From Spirochaetales bacterium (GTDB lineage: Bacteria > Spirochaetota > Spirochaetia > Sphaerochaetales > Sphaerochaetaceae): a stretch of DNA of 64,000 nt. The DNA is taken from positions 5,398-69,397 of the forward strand of contig DUOJ01000112.1 in the NCBI GenBank assembly GCA_012838895.1. Direction: 5' to 3'. A model generated the notes under the pieces. The model did not search any database. It saw nothing but the letters and a program-made list of their open reading frames with translations, and was not told where the DNA came from. A program made the translations under genes and the position numbers. Positions 27,322 to 37,101 of this stretch are shown piece by piece (the first letter of the stretch is position 1; every line of letters starts with the position of its first letter).

Positions 27322-27555
27322 TTGGAAAAAGATCTTGTTGAATATATTGCTAAATCGTTAGTTGATGAGGTCGATGAGGTCTCAGTCCACCTCATTGAGG
27401 GAGAGCAGTCTACCATCGTTGAACTTAAGGTTGCTGCGGGTGACATTGGCAAAGTGATTGGTAAGCAGGGGCGTATTGCCAATGCTATCAGGGTTATCTT
27501 GAGTGCCTCAGCTGCCAAAAGTGGTAAACACGTCCAGTTGGAAATTCTTGATTAA
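27322..27555 (+). CDS. KH-domain RNA-binding protein (UPF0109/YlqC-like)
   Basis: 77 aa with the GKVIGKQGRIANAIR GXXG loop, in the conserved position between rpsP and rimM. Confidence 0.85.
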   Translation: MEKDLVEYIAKSLVDEVDEVSVHLIEGEQSTIVELKVAAGDIGKVIGKQGRIANAIRVILSASAAKSGKHVQLEILD

Positions 27556-28064
27556 TGGACTATTTAGCTACAGGAGTCTTAAAAAGACCCCATGGAGTGG
27601 CCGGTTTTATTAAGATTCATCTATTCTCAAATGAAGCAGGACACCTAAAGAACTCTTTGGGTGTTTTATTGCGTCGAGAGGGTCGTGAGCGTCAATTAGT
27701 AATTGAGTCGCTCAAAACAAGTGGTAAAGAGTTCCTCATCAAGTTTGAGGGGATCGATAACCCCGAAGAGGCCCGCGCCCTTAGTGGCTGGGAGATTTGG
27801 GTTGAGCGCTCCAAGGCTGCCCCCCTAAAGGAGGGGGAGTTTTATGTAGCCGACCTTATGGGGTGTAAGATTGTCCTTAACAATAGAGTTGTTGGCGAGG
27901 TGGTCTCACCGATTGAGGGGGGAGAGAGCCTCATCCTAGAGGTGAAAACAGAGGTGAGTGGACGTCTCTTCTTAATCCCCTTCATAGCTCCATTCGTGGG
28001 GGAGGTTGATACAACCAAAAAAACAATTGAGCTCCTAAAAGGGGAGTTGATCGATGAAGTTTGA
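27555..28064 (+). CDS. rimM: 16S rRNA processing protein RimM
   Basis: 169 aa. Starts LKRPHGVAGFIKI, has a PRC-barrel-like C-terminus, and sits in the rpsP-rimM-trmD-rplS context. Confidence 0.85.
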   Translation: MDYLATGVLKRPHGVAGFIKIHLFSNEAGHLKNSLGVLLRREGRERQLVIESLKTSGKEFLIKFEGIDNPEEARALSGWEIWVERSKAAPLKEGEFYVADLMGCKIVLNNRVVGEVVSPIEGGESLILEVKTEVSGRLFLIPFIAPFVGEVDTTKKTIELLKGELIDEV

Positions 28065-28785
28065 GATATTAACCCTCTTTCCCCAAATTATTGAACCCTT
28101 CTTCACAAATTCGATTATGGGACGCAGTGTTGAGGGGGGACAGGTGAGTTACGACCTTATAAACTTCCGCGACTACGCGAGTGATAAACATAAGAGCTGC
28201 GATGACAGCCCCTACGGTGGGGGGGCAGGGATGGTTTTGAAACCAGAACCGCTGGGGAGCGCATTAGAGGCGATTGGCGCTAAAAACAAGCGGGTTATCT
28301 ACCCCTCTCCCAGTGGTAAAAAGTTCTCCTACGACTACGCTAAAGAGTTGAGTCAAGAGGAGGAGTTAGTCCTAATTTGTGGCCGGTACGAAGGTATTGA
28401 CCAAAGAATCATAGATTTGTATGTTGATGATGAGATTTGCATAGGGGACTATGTGATCTCCTCAGGGGAAGTGGCAGCCTTGGTGATTATTGATGCTGTC
28501 TACCGCCTTTTAGAGGGGGTCATCAGTGGTGAGTCGTTGAAAGAGGAGAGTTTTACCGACGGATTGTTGGAATATCCTCACTATACTCGCCCTGAAACCT
28601 ATTGCTCAATTTCGGTTCCTGAGATATTATTGTCGGGGCATCACAGAGAGATAGAAGAGTGGCGCTTACGTAAGCGGTTAGAGAAGACCCTCTTAAACCG
28701 CCCTGAGTTGTTAGTCAGTGGTGCTTTAGGTGCTAAAGAGAAAAAAATAGTTGCTGAATTGAAGCAGATAGAAGAGGATGAATGA
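28054..28785 (+). CDS. trmD: tRNA (guanine37-N1)-methyltransferase TrmD
   Basis: [44 protein letters not shown] and [13 protein letters not shown] motifs. Confidence 0.95.
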   Translation: MKFEILTLFPQIIEPFFTNSIMGRSVEGGQVSYDLINFRDYASDKHKSCDDSPYGGGAGMVLKPEPLGSALEAIGAKNKRVIYPSPSGKKFSYDYAKELSQEEELVLICGRYEGIDQRIIDLYVDDEICIGDYVISSGEVAALVIIDAVYRLLEGVISGESLKEESFTDGLLEYPHYTRPETYCSISVPEILLSGHHREIEEWRLRKRLEKTLLNRPELLVSGALGAKEKKIVAELKQIEEDE

Positions 28786-29140
28786 GATGGATGTTTTTAG
28801 AGCGATTGAATCTGAGCAGATTAAAGATAGTATGGATCACTTCAAAGCTGGCGATACCGTCAAAGTCCACTTTACCATTAAAGAGGGTGATAAAGAGCGA
28901 GTCCAGGTTTATGAAGGGCTTGTAATAGCCTTTAAGAATAGTGGGCTAAGGACCACCTTCACTGTCCGCAAAAACTCCTACGGTGTTGGCGTTGAGAGGA
29001 TTTTTCCCCTCCATTCACCACGTATAGAGAAGATTGAAGTGGTTAGACGCGGTAGGGTGCGAAGAGCTAAACTTTACTACATCCGCAGTAAGGTTGGTAA
29101 AGCTGCTAAGGTGCCAGAGCTTATTGTTCGCAAGGGGTAG
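28778..29140 (+). CDS. rplS: 50S ribosomal protein L19
   Basis: [26 protein letters not shown]...[39 protein letters not shown]. Confidence 0.95.
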   Translation: MNEMDVFRAIESEQIKDSMDHFKAGDTVKVHFTIKEGDKERVQVYEGLVIAFKNSGLRTTFTVRKNSYGVGVERIFPLHSPRIEKIEVVRRGRVRRAKLYYIRSKVGKAAKVPELIVRKG

Positions 29141-29159
29141 TGAGAATCTTGCACCAAGG

Positions 29160-29190
29160 GAGGAGAGTCGACAAGGGGCTCTCCTCTTTA
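29160..29190 (+). terminator. Hairpin after rplS (possible terminator or attenuator)
   Basis: GAGGAGAG-tcgacaagggg-CTCTCCTC followed by TTTA. Confidence 0.4.
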
Positions 29191-29206
29191 TGTTTAGAGG
29201 TAATCA

Positions 29207-29608
29207 ATGGTTAGTGAACGGGAGCTCCCTTCAAGGGGGCGACGTAAAAGGCGCAAAAAGACGACCCAAAAGCCCCCTAAGAGGCGCATCGATGTTATTG
29301 TCCCTCAAGTCAATGAACCATTACCTAATTGTGTTCTTTGTGGAGAGGTGATTAACGAGATAGCCCAAGCTATTAGTGAGGGGACAGAGGGGCAGTTTAG
29401 CCACTTTGACTGCGTTATAGAGAAACTCAAATCACAGGAGCGACTCAGGGAGAACCAGAAGATCTCCTACGTGGGTCAAGGAGCCTTTGCCGTGGTCGAA
29501 AAAGACGAATCTGGTCACTACTCGCTTGTTAAAAGAATCCCCTACGAGTCGACCACAACATTTCAGGCGATGCAAAAGTTCGTCGAGGAGTGTAAAGATG
29601 AAGAATAG
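29207..29608 (+). CDS. Hypothetical protein with highly basic N-terminus and a CxxC...HxxC knuckle
   Basis: 133 aa: RGRRKRRKKTTQKPPKRR, then CVLCGEV...HFDCV. It sits between rplS and coaD and overlaps the coaD start by 11 nt. Confidence 0.55.
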   Translation: MVSERELPSRGRRKRRKKTTQKPPKRRIDVIVPQVNEPLPNCVLCGEVINEIAQAISEGTEGQFSHFDCVIEKLKSQERLRENQKISYVGQGAFAVVEKDESGHYSLVKRIPYESTTTFQAMQKFVEECKDEE

Positions 29609-30113
29609 TAAACAACCCACCATTAAGGCGATGTTGCCAGGGACGTTTGATCCCCCCACTAATGGACATCTCAACTTAATTGAGAGGTCAGCAAAACTCT
29701 TCAGCCAGCTCGATGTGGTAATCGCCGATAATGTTTCAAAGAGAGCCCTTTTTAGTGGAACAGAGCGCCTCGAGATGTTGCAAAAACTTTTAGCGCCACT
29801 GCCCAATGTCAATGTTGTGATTTGGGATGGTCTAGTTGTCGACTATGCTCGCCAAGAGAATATTGGGGTCTTAATCAGGGGGGTAAGAGCTTTGGTCGAC
29901 TTTGGTTATGAGTTTGAGCTGGCGATGACCAATAAGCAACTCAATCCCGCTTTAGAGGTGTTGTTTATGCCAACCGACCCCAACTATTTTGTGCTAAGGT
30001 CTTCGGCAATTAAGGAGATGGCCGCTTTTGGAGCCGACATCTCAAGTATGGTTCCACAACTGGTTGTTGAGAAATTAAGCGAGAAACTGGCTACCACCAA
30101 ATACTACTCGTAG
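29598..30113 (+). CDS. coaD: Phosphopantetheine adenylyltransferase
   Basis: ORF 29487 trimmed to ATG 29598. AMLPGTFDPPTNGHLNLIERS (T/HxGH nucleotidyltransferase motif), RGVR and SSAIKE motifs. Confidence 0.9.
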   Translation: MKNSKQPTIKAMLPGTFDPPTNGHLNLIERSAKLFSQLDVVIADNVSKRALFSGTERLEMLQKLLAPLPNVNVVIWDGLVVDYARQENIGVLIRGVRALVDFGYEFELAMTNKQLNPALEVLFMPTDPNYFVLRSSAIKEMAAFGADISSMVPQLVVEKLSEKLATTKYYS

Positions 30114-30116
30114 TTA

Positions 30117-30145
30117 TTGACATAAATGGTGGTTTTCGTTATATT
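30117..30145 (+). promoter_or_regulatory. Sigma-70-type promoter for rpmF-acpP-rnc
   Basis: TTGACA (30117-22) -N17- TATATT (30140-45). Confidence 0.55.
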
Positions 30146-30180
30146 CACAAAAGCATATCTGCAAAGGAAGAGGTTAAAAT

Positions 30181-30369
30181 ATGGCAGTACCTAAATATAA
30201 AAAATCGAAGTCAAAATCGGCATCACGTAAGGCAGCTAATATGCGTTTAGCTACTCCGACTCTGACTGTTTGTGGAACTTGTGGCAACATGGTTGTCCCC
30301 CATCGCGTGTGTCCCAAGTGTGGATTTTATAGGGGGAAACAAATAATCAATCTAGAGGAGATGGCCTAA
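30181..30369 (+). CDS. rpmF: 50S ribosomal protein L32 (Cys-containing form)
   Basis: MAVPKYKKSKSKSASRKA...CGTCGN...CPKCGFY. Confidence 0.95.
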   Translation: MAVPKYKKSKSKSASRKAANMRLATPTLTVCGTCGNMVVPHRVCPKCGFYRGKQIINLEEMA

Positions 30370-30394
30370 TAAGGTCTCTTTGAGGAGGATAGTA

Positions 30395-30637
30395 ATGGGT
30401 TCAAACGCAGTTTATGATAAAATAAAAAGTTTAATTGCTGAGAAATTAGAGATTAACGAAGATAAAATTACAATGGACTCTTCTTTTAGAAAAGATTTAG
30501 GTGCCGACAGCCTCGATACTTATGAACTTGTCTATGCAATTGAAGAGGAGATGGGGATTTCAATCCCTGATGAGAAGGCGAATGAATTTGAGACAGTTAG
30601 AGATGCAGTTGAGTTCCTCGCCAAAGTTGTAAAATAG
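30395..30637 (+). CDS. acpP: Acyl carrier protein
   Basis: ORF 30380 trimmed to ATG 30395, with GAGGAGG upstream. LGADSLDTYELVYAIEEE is the phosphopantetheine attachment site. Confidence 0.95.
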   Translation: MGSNAVYDKIKSLIAEKLEINEDKITMDSSFRKDLGADSLDTYELVYAIEEEMGISIPDEKANEFETVRDAVEFLAKVVK

Positions 30638-30651
30638 TGTATAGTTAGGAT

Positions 30652-31401
30652 ATGAAAACATCCTTATATGGGAAGGCTCCTCTTATCTCTATTGAGAGAA
30701 AAAAGGAGCTTTCTCTCTTTCAAAAACTGGCTTCAATTAAATTTAAAGATGCCTCACTGCTCAATCTAGCCTTTTGCCACCGCTCTTATGCCAATGAGAG
30801 TCCTGTCGAAGTTGACAACAACGAACGCCTCGAGTTTTTAGGCGATAGTGTCTTAGGCTTGGTGGTTTCCAACTGGCTCTTCACCCACCTTCCAGATATG
30901 GATGAGGGCGATTTCTCAAGGATTAAATCTTTTGTAGTGAGTGAAGAGAGTTTAGCTGAAATTGCCCGTAAACTGCGCGTCGACAACTTCATCCTAATTG
31001 GCAAAGGGGAGGAGTTCTCGGGTGGCAGGACCAAAAAGGCCCTTCTCGCCGATTGCATGGAGGCTATTTTTGGGGCCTACTACATCGATAGCGGTTTTAA
31101 AGCATCAGTTGAGCTAATTGAGCACCTTTTAGTCCCTGCAATCGAAACAGTCCTTGCCAATAAACACCGCAAAGACTACAAAACTATGCTCCAAGAGTAT
31201 GCCCAAAAGAGGTATAAATCTTATCCCCGCTACGAGGTGGTCAAGAAGACTGGCCCTGAGCACAACAACACCTTCTGGGTGAAGGTGAGTGTCCACAAGA
31301 GTAGTTATGGTCCAGCTGAGGGGAGTAATAAGAAAGAGGGGGAGCAGGCGGTCGCTAAGATTGCTTGGGAAGCTCTCGTTGGTGATAAAGAGCAATCCTA
31401 G
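30652..31401 (+). CDS. rnc: Ribonuclease III
   Basis: The NERLEFLGDSVLG signature is followed by a C-terminal dsRBD (GPEHNNTFWVKV...GSNKKEGEQAVA). Confidence 0.95.
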   Translation: MKTSLYGKAPLISIERKKELSLFQKLASIKFKDASLLNLAFCHRSYANESPVEVDNNERLEFLGDSVLGLVVSNWLFTHLPDMDEGDFSRIKSFVVSEESLAEIARKLRVDNFILIGKGEEFSGGRTKKALLADCMEAIFGAYYIDSGFKASVELIEHLLVPAIETVLANKHRKDYKTMLQEYAQKRYKSYPRYEVVKKTGPEHNNTFWVKVSVHKSSYGPAEGSNKKEGEQAVAKIAWEALVGDKEQS

Positions 31402-32737
31402 TGGTGTAGAGATTGTGGGCTATTGTCGATAGCCTCTTAGGCTCATTTTGAGTGGGGTCATCTAAGACACTCTCGAGTAACTCATTTAAAATTATCCCCA
31501 TTACAGGTCCACGGGGAATGCCTAGGTCGGCTAAGTCGTTGCCGTTGATAGCTAAATCTTTCACATTAAGGGCTGAACTCTCTTTTAAAACATCCTCGAT
31601 TCGCCCCATCAAAGCCAAGATATTTTCATTATTAGCTTGACCATGAATTGCCTTTTGGTCAGCGAGGCGTAAATCGAAAAGGTCATCTAAGTTCTCAAGT
31701 CCTACCCGATTAATAAAGCGGCGTACAGCTCCGTCGCTCCACTCTGCAGTGTAGTTGAACATATGGTTTCTAATTAGGTTAGAGACCCGCTCCTTCTCCT
31801 CGTTGGAGCACTTGAGACGCTCCATAATCTCCAAGGAGAGCGCCTCGCCTCTAAGTTCGTGGTTGTGGAAGGTTATCTCACCGTTAGCTCGCACCTCTTT
31901 GGTAGAGGTCTTACCAATATCGTGGAGGAGGGCTGCCAGTCTAACTAGAGGTTTCCCTTGGGGGGCAGCGTCGCAGGTAGAGAAGTTGTGGCACATCACA
32001 TCTTCATGGTGAAAACCTTTCTGTTCAACGCCCTCTCCAGCTTTTAGTTCTGGGAGGATAACCTCTAAGGCACCACACGCATTGAGGGCATAAAGACCTA
32101 ATGAGGGGCGTCGGCTCTCTAGGATTTTAAAGAGTTCAGCTCTGAGGCGCTCCCCTGAGACCTCTTTAAGGTTTCCAGCCAACTGAGACATTGCCCTTAG
32201 TGTCTCCTCTTCGAGGGTAAACTCGAGCTGGGCTACCAGACGACACCCCCTCATGATGCGTAGTGCATCCTCATTGAAGCGTTGCAGGGGCTCTCCAATG
32301 GCTCTGATTATCTTTTTATTGAGATCTTTTATCCCCTCATGGAGGTCAATTAAACGCCCCGTTGAGGCCTCCACCGCTAAGGCGTTGATAGTAAAGTCGC
32401 GCCGCTTTAAATCCTCTTCGAGGGATCGGACAAAGGTGATTGAGCTGGGGTGGCGAAGATCTTCGTAATTTCCATCTATACGAAAGGTGGTCACCTCGTA
32501 AGCGTCCCCCTTAAAAAGAACTGTTACCGTACCGTGTTTAATTCCGGTAGGAATCACCCGCTTAAACATTTTTTGCACCTCTTGGGGGAGGGCATCGGTG
32601 GCAAAATCGTAGTCGCTGGTCTCAATCTTTAGGTAGTAATCGCGGACAGCTCCCCCCACAATGTAGAGGGAAAAATTTTCCTTTAAAAAGTGATCTGCAA
32701 ACTCTTTTACCCGCTTTGGGACCCTAAATTTTGCCAT
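31355..32737 (-). CDS. cca: CCA-adding tRNA nucleotidyltransferase with HD domain (class II)
   Basis: YIVGGAVRDYYL...DYDFAT catalytic head, PTGIKHGTVTV and RRDFTINA. C-terminal HD domain (LAALLHDIGK). Its 3' end overlaps rnc by 47 nt. Confidence 0.8.
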   Translation of the reverse strand: MAKFRVPKRVKEFADHFLKENFSLYIVGGAVRDYYLKIETSDYDFATDALPQEVQKMFKRVIPTGIKHGTVTVLFKGDAYEVTTFRIDGNYEDLRHPSSITFVRSLEEDLKRRDFTINALAVEASTGRLIDLHEGIKDLNKKIIRAIGEPLQRFNEDALRIMRGCRLVAQLEFTLEEETLRAMSQLAGNLKEVSGERLRAELFKILESRRPSLGLYALNACGALEVILPELKAGEGVEQKGFHHEDVMCHNFSTCDAAPQGKPLVRLAALLHDIGKTSTKEVRANGEITFHNHELRGEALSLEIMERLKCSNEEKERVSNLIRNHMFNYTAEWSDGAVRRFINRVGLENLDDLFDLRLADQKAIHGQANNENILALMGRIEDVLKESSALNVKDLAINGNDLADLGIPRGPVMGIILNELLESVLDDPTQNEPKRLSTIAHNLYTTRIALYHQRELPKQS

Positions 32738-32778
32738 AAGTAATGCTAGCGCCCATCTACTTCTATTGTCAATACTGA

Positions 32779-32807
32779 TTGAATATAAGGGATAAAGTGT
32801 CTATAGT
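32779..32807 (+). promoter_or_regulatory. Sigma-70-type promoter for ileS
   Basis: TTGAAT (32779-84) -N17- TATAGT (32802-07). Confidence 0.45.
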
Positions 32808-32845
32808 GGTCCCAATGGATAGTTATCATTTTAGGAGTTCAAGAG

Positions 32846-35800
32846 ATGTTTAAGCCGGTCGATCCAAAAACCGATTTCGTAGCGATGGAAGAGAGAGTCT
32901 TAAAGTTTTGGCAAGATAATTCTATTTACCAAAAATCTGTTGATAGTCGTAGCCCCGACAACGAGTATGTTTTCTACGACGGCCCTCCGTTTGCCACCGG
33001 CTTACCCCACTTTGGCCACCTTGTTCCAGGGACCATTAAGGACCTCTACCCCCGTTACCAGACGATGAAAGGGAAGCGGGTCAACCGCCGTTTTGGGTGG
33101 GATTGTCACGGTCTACCAGTTGAGTATGAGATTGAGAAAACGCTCAATATAAGTGGACATAAAGCTATTTCAGAGTATGGGGTCGCCAAGTTTAACGACC
33201 AGTGTCGCTCGATTGTGTTGCGCTACACCGCTGAATGGAAAGAGACTATCAACCGGACCGGTCGCTGGGTCGACTTCGATAACGACTACAAGACGATGGA
33301 CCTCAGTTATATGGAGTCGATATGGTGGGTTTTTAAGACCCTCTATGAGCGTGGATTAATCTACGAAGGGTACAATATCCTCCCTTATAGCCCCGCTTTA
33401 GCCACCCCCCTCTCCAACTTTGAGGTTAACTTGGGTGGATACCGTGATGTCGTTGACCAAGCGATAACAGTGCGCTTTAAATTAGAAGACGAACCAAATA
33501 GCTACTTCCTAGCGTGGACCACTACCCCTTGGACCCTCCCTTCTAACCTCGCTTTAGCCCTCGGTCCTGAGATGGATTACATCAAAGTGCGCGACAAGGG
33601 TGAAGATGTTTTCTATATCTTGGGCCAAGAGTCTCTAGGCGACTACTACCGCAGTGAGGATGAGTACGAAGTGGTAGAGCACTACAAAGGGAGCGAGCTA
33701 GGGGGAATTGCCTATGAACCCCTCTTCCCTTTCTTTGCCAACCTTAAAGAGGTGGGAGCCTTCAAGACAGTACTAGGCGATTATGTCACCGTAGGGGAGG
33801 GGAGTGGAATTGTCCACACCGCCCCGGGCTTTGGTGAGGACGACTACGAGGTGCTTAAAGGGAGTGGGATTCCGGTAGTGTGCCCCATCGATGACGACTG
33901 TAAATTCACCTCAGAAGTTACCTACTGGGAGGGAGTTTTTGTCCGTGATGCCGATAAGGGGATTATTGAGCGCCTCAAGGCGGAGGGGAAATTAGTGAAG
34001 CAGGAGAATTACCTCCACAGCTACCCCTTCTGTTACCGCACCAACACCCCCCTAATCTACCGTGCAATGGCGAGCTTCTATGTCGATATCGGTAAAATTA
34101 AAGAGACAATGTTGAATGCTAATGAACAAATCAATTGGATGCCCCACCACTTAAAGCATGGACGCTTTGGCAAGTGGCTTGAAGGGGCTCGAGACTGGTC
34201 AATTAGCCGTAACCGCTTCTGGGGTAACCCCATCCCAGTTTGGAAATGTGACAACTCAGACTACATTGAGGTTATTGGCTCCATTGCGGAGCTAGAAGCA
34301 AAGGGTGGGGTTAAAGTTGACGACCTCCACAAACAGTACGTTGATGAAATTACCTGGCCCAGTCCCGACGGTAAAGGGACGATGCGCCGCGTAGGCGATG
34401 TTCTCGACTGTTGGTTTGAGTCGGGCTCTATGCCCTATGCTCAAAACCACTACCCCTTTGAGAACAAAGAGTTTGTTGAGAGCCACTTCCCAGCTGACTT
34501 CATCTGTGAGGGACTCGACCAAACGAGGGGGTGGTTCTATACCCTAGTTGTAATTGGGGCAGCCCTCTTCGATAAACCAGCCTTCTTCAACTGTGTCACC
34601 AACGGGATTGTCCTAAACAAAGAGGGGAAGAAGATGAGCAAGTCGCTCAGAAACTACTCCGACCCGATGGATTTAGTTAACGAGTATGGGGCCGATGCGC
34701 TCCGCTTTGCCTTGATGAATAGTGCCGTAACGCGGGCTGAAGACCTCAAGTTCTCCGAAGATATTGTGAAAGAGGTGTTAAAGACCCTAATCCTGCCGCT
34801 GTGGAACGCCTACTCGTTCTTTGTCACCTATGCCAATATTGATAATTATACCCCTAGCGAGACCCCTTTCGAAGAGCTTACCAATCCGATGGACCGCTGG
34901 ATTGTCTCAGCTAGTGAAGCGCTAATCGCTGAGGTGAGTGATGCTTGGGACAACTACGAGACCCAGAGGGGTTGTCTAGCAATCTTGAGCTTTATCGATT
35001 CCCTTAACAACTGGTATATTCGCCGCTCAAGGCGCCGTTTCTGGCGCTCAGAGAACGACAGCGACAAGAAGATGGCCTACGACACCCTCTACCGGGTTTT
35101 GATGAGTGTCATCCATGTTGCAGCGCCGGTTATCCCCTTCACAACCGAAGAGATCTACCAAAACTTGAAAACTGACGGGATGGAGGAGTCGATCCATTTA
35201 CGCCTCTTCCCCACCTACGACGAATCGCAGCGCGATTACGAGTTGGAGCGTAAGATGAGCCTTGCCCGTGCCGCCATCACCATGGGGCGCAACTTAAGAA
35301 ACGTCCATTCGATTAAGACACGTCAACCGCTGAGAAAACTCTACCTAGTCTCTCCCGACGGCGAAGAGCGGGCGATTCTCGAGTCGATGCTCCCCATTAT
35401 TCAAGAAGAGCTCAACGTGAAAGAGGTCTCCATCCAGAGCGATGAGAGTGGTTTAGTCTCCTACCAAGCCAAAGCTAACTTCAAAGTTTTGGGGGCCCAC
35501 TTAGGGAAGAGTATGAAAGAGGTGGCTCAGCTAATCACCAACTTAGCCAGCGATAAGATTGCTCGCCTCCTGAAGGGAGAGAAACAGAAAATTCACTTCA
35601 GTGGAGGGGAGGTGGAAATTGGTGAAGATGAGATTGTGGTTCAACGCATCGAGAGTGAGAACCTCAGTATCCTCAACGAAGGGCAACTCACTGTCGGCTT
35701 CGATACTAAAATAACTGAAGAACTTCTCCTTGAGGGGATAGCCCGCGATATCGTCAGAGGGGTGCAGAATTTGAGGAAAGAGGCCGACTTTGATGTCACC

Positions 35801-35974
35801 GACCGCATCTCACTCACTATTGGGGGCGATGAGTTGATTAAAGCGGCTTTTGACCACTTTAGGAACTACATCTCGAAAGAGACCCTTGCTGCAGAGATTG
35901 CTTTTAAAGAGAATACTGGGACAACCATTCCAGCTGGCGAGGGGGAAGTCTCAATCAAGATCGAGAGGCGCTAA
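32846..35974 (+). CDS. ileS: Isoleucyl-tRNA synthetase (type 2, 1042 aa)
   Basis: HIGH motif PHFGHLVPG, CP1 editing block (WTTTPWTLPSN) and the KMSKS motif (KKMSKSLRNY). The length and C-terminus fit the eukaryote-like type 2 enzymes. Confidence 0.95.
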   Translation: MFKPVDPKTDFVAMEERVLKFWQDNSIYQKSVDSRSPDNEYVFYDGPPFATGLPHFGHLVPGTIKDLYPRYQTMKGKRVNRRFGWDCHGLPVEYEIEKTLNISGHKAISEYGVAKFNDQCRSIVLRYTAEWKETINRTGRWVDFDNDYKTMDLSYMESIWWVFKTLYERGLIYEGYNILPYSPALATPLSNFEVNLGGYRDVVDQAITVRFKLEDEPNSYFLAWTTTPWTLPSNLALALGPEMDYIKVRDKGEDVFYILGQESLGDYYRSEDEYEVVEHYKGSELGGIAYEPLFPFFANLKEVGAFKTVLGDYVTVGEGSGIVHTAPGFGEDDYEVLKGSGIPVVCPIDDDCKFTSEVTYWEGVFVRDADKGIIERLKAEGKLVKQENYLHSYPFCYRTNTPLIYRAMASFYVDIGKIKETMLNANEQINWMPHHLKHGRFGKWLEGARDWSISRNRFWGNPIPVWKCDNSDYIEVIGSIAELEAKGGVKVDDLHKQYVDEITWPSPDGKGTMRRVGDVLDCWFESGSMPYAQNHYPFENKEFVESHFPADFICEGLDQTRGWFYTLVVIGAALFDKPAFFNCVTNGIVLNKEGKKMSKSLRNYSDPMDLVNEYGADALRFALMNSAVTRAEDLKFSEDIVKEVLKTLILPLWNAYSFFVTYANIDNYTPSETPFEELTNPMDRWIVSASEALIAEVSDAWDNYETQRGCLAILSFIDSLNNWYIRRSRRRFWRSENDSDKKMAYDTLYRVLMSVIHVAAPVIPFTTEEIYQNLKTDGMEESIHLRLFPTYDESQRDYELERKMSLARAAITMGRNLRNVHSIKTRQPLRKLYLVSPDGEERAILESMLPIIQEELNVKEVSIQSDESGLVSYQAKANFKVLGAHLGKSMKEVAQLITNLASDKIARLLKGEKQKIHFSGGEVEIGEDEIVVQRIESENLSILNEGQLTVGFDTKITEELLLEGIARDIVRGVQNLRKEADFDVTDRISLTIGGDELIKAAFDHFRNYISKETLAAEIAFKENTGTTIPAGEGEVSIKIERR

Positions 35975-36877
35975 GTGAGAGTTAAATGGGGGGGAGTATT
36001 ATTAGCACTTCTACTCGCTTTATCTCTCTCCTCCTGCGTCCATAAAATCCCCAAAGGGGAGCACTTCTTCCAGGCGATGGGGGAGGTGGGCGAGGTGGTG
36101 GTAACTGTCGATACTACCAGCTTAGAGCGCCTCCCAATTAAGGTGGAAGAGGGGAGTTTTAGTAACCTCCTCTCTAGAGTAAACCGCCTCTCAGTCGCTC
36201 TATACGACCCTCTGGAGCGTGAAATAGACCCAGAAGAGCCCCTCGACTTGAGTGGCTACGCCTACTATGGTGCTTTAGAGGGGAATATCCCCGCCTTCTT
36301 AACCAACTCGGCCCTCCTTTGGGATAAAGAGTGGCAACAGGTGGAAGAGGGGCAGATCCGCTACTACCACAACGACTATTTGGGACTTGATGTCTACGCT
36401 GTTAAGAGGGGACTCCTCCTCTTTGCCAGTGAAAACTATAGTAATGCTTACCAGAAGAGCTACTCCCAACGGAAGGTCAAAATTGAACACTCTTTAGCAG
36501 AAAGGATGGCCACCTCCCTCTTTGGTCTCTATATTGCGAGCCCCAAAGCGATGTTAGAGGTGGGGTTAGAGCTCCCTAAAACAGTAATTCCCCATATCTC
36601 CTCAATCACCTTTGTAATAGAAGAGAATGGGGTAGAAGGGTACTCTTTGGGGGGCATTATTACGATGCAGAGCGAAAGATTGGCCAATAGCCTTTCCATT
36701 TTAGTCAAAAGTTCATATATTTCAGATAAGCGGAGAAAGAAAGAGCCCCTTGGCGATCTTACCAACCTCTTCATCTTGGAGGGGGACGCCCTCTATATTA
36801 ATGGCCTCCCTTTGAGTGATGAGCAGTTGGTAAATTTCCAAGCCCTCTTTAACAATCTGTTACCATCTAGTTTGTAG
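35975..36877 (+). CDS. Hypothetical lipoprotein
   Basis: GTG start abutting the ileS stop. Signal peptide with a lipobox-like LSLSSC. No recognisable domain. Confidence 0.55.
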   Translation: MRVKWGGVLLALLLALSLSSCVHKIPKGEHFFQAMGEVGEVVVTVDTTSLERLPIKVEEGSFSNLLSRVNRLSVALYDPLEREIDPEEPLDLSGYAYYGALEGNIPAFLTNSALLWDKEWQQVEEGQIRYYHNDYLGLDVYAVKRGLLLFASENYSNAYQKSYSQRKVKIEHSLAERMATSLFGLYIASPKAMLEVGLELPKTVIPHISSITFVIEENGVEGYSLGGIITMQSERLANSLSILVKSSYISDKRRKKEPLGDLTNLFILEGDALYINGLPLSDEQLVNFQALFNNLLPSSL

Positions 36878-36891
36878 GAGGAGTGAAAGTA

Positions 36892-37101
36892 ATGCCCATT
36901 TATGAGTATGCCTGTGATGCGTGTAAAATTAAGTTTGAAGTTGAACAATCGATGCAGGAGGAGCCACTCACAGTTTGCCCAAAGTGCTCAGGGACAATTA
37001 GGCGGGTCTTCAGCCCCTCCTCAATTATTTTCAAAGGGAGCGGTTTCTATGCCAACGATAGCCGCCCCCAAAAAGAGGAGAAAGTCTCCTCCCAATCATA
37101 A
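36892..37101 (+). CDS. FmdB-family zinc-ribbon protein
   Basis: MPIYEYACDACKIKFEV...CPKCSG matches the MPxYxYxCxxC...CPxC regulatory zinc-ribbon pattern. ATG 36892 within ORF 36883. Confidence 0.8.
   Translation: MPIYEYACDACKIKFEVEQSMQEEPLTVCPKCSGTIRRVFSPSSIIFKGSGFYANDSRPQKEEKVSSQS

Noticed and set aside
29034-29351. 105-aa ORF spanning the rplS 3' end and the next gene
   Set aside because: It overlaps two better-supported frames, crosses the post-rplS hairpin, and has no motif or RBS.
32738-32845. T-box or attenuator leader upstream of ileS (also checked for hisS, 44286-44383)
   Set aside because: The leaders are only about 100 nt long. They have no specifier-loop or T-box conserved sequence and no terminator/antiterminator pair. 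Only ordinary promoter-like hexamers are present.
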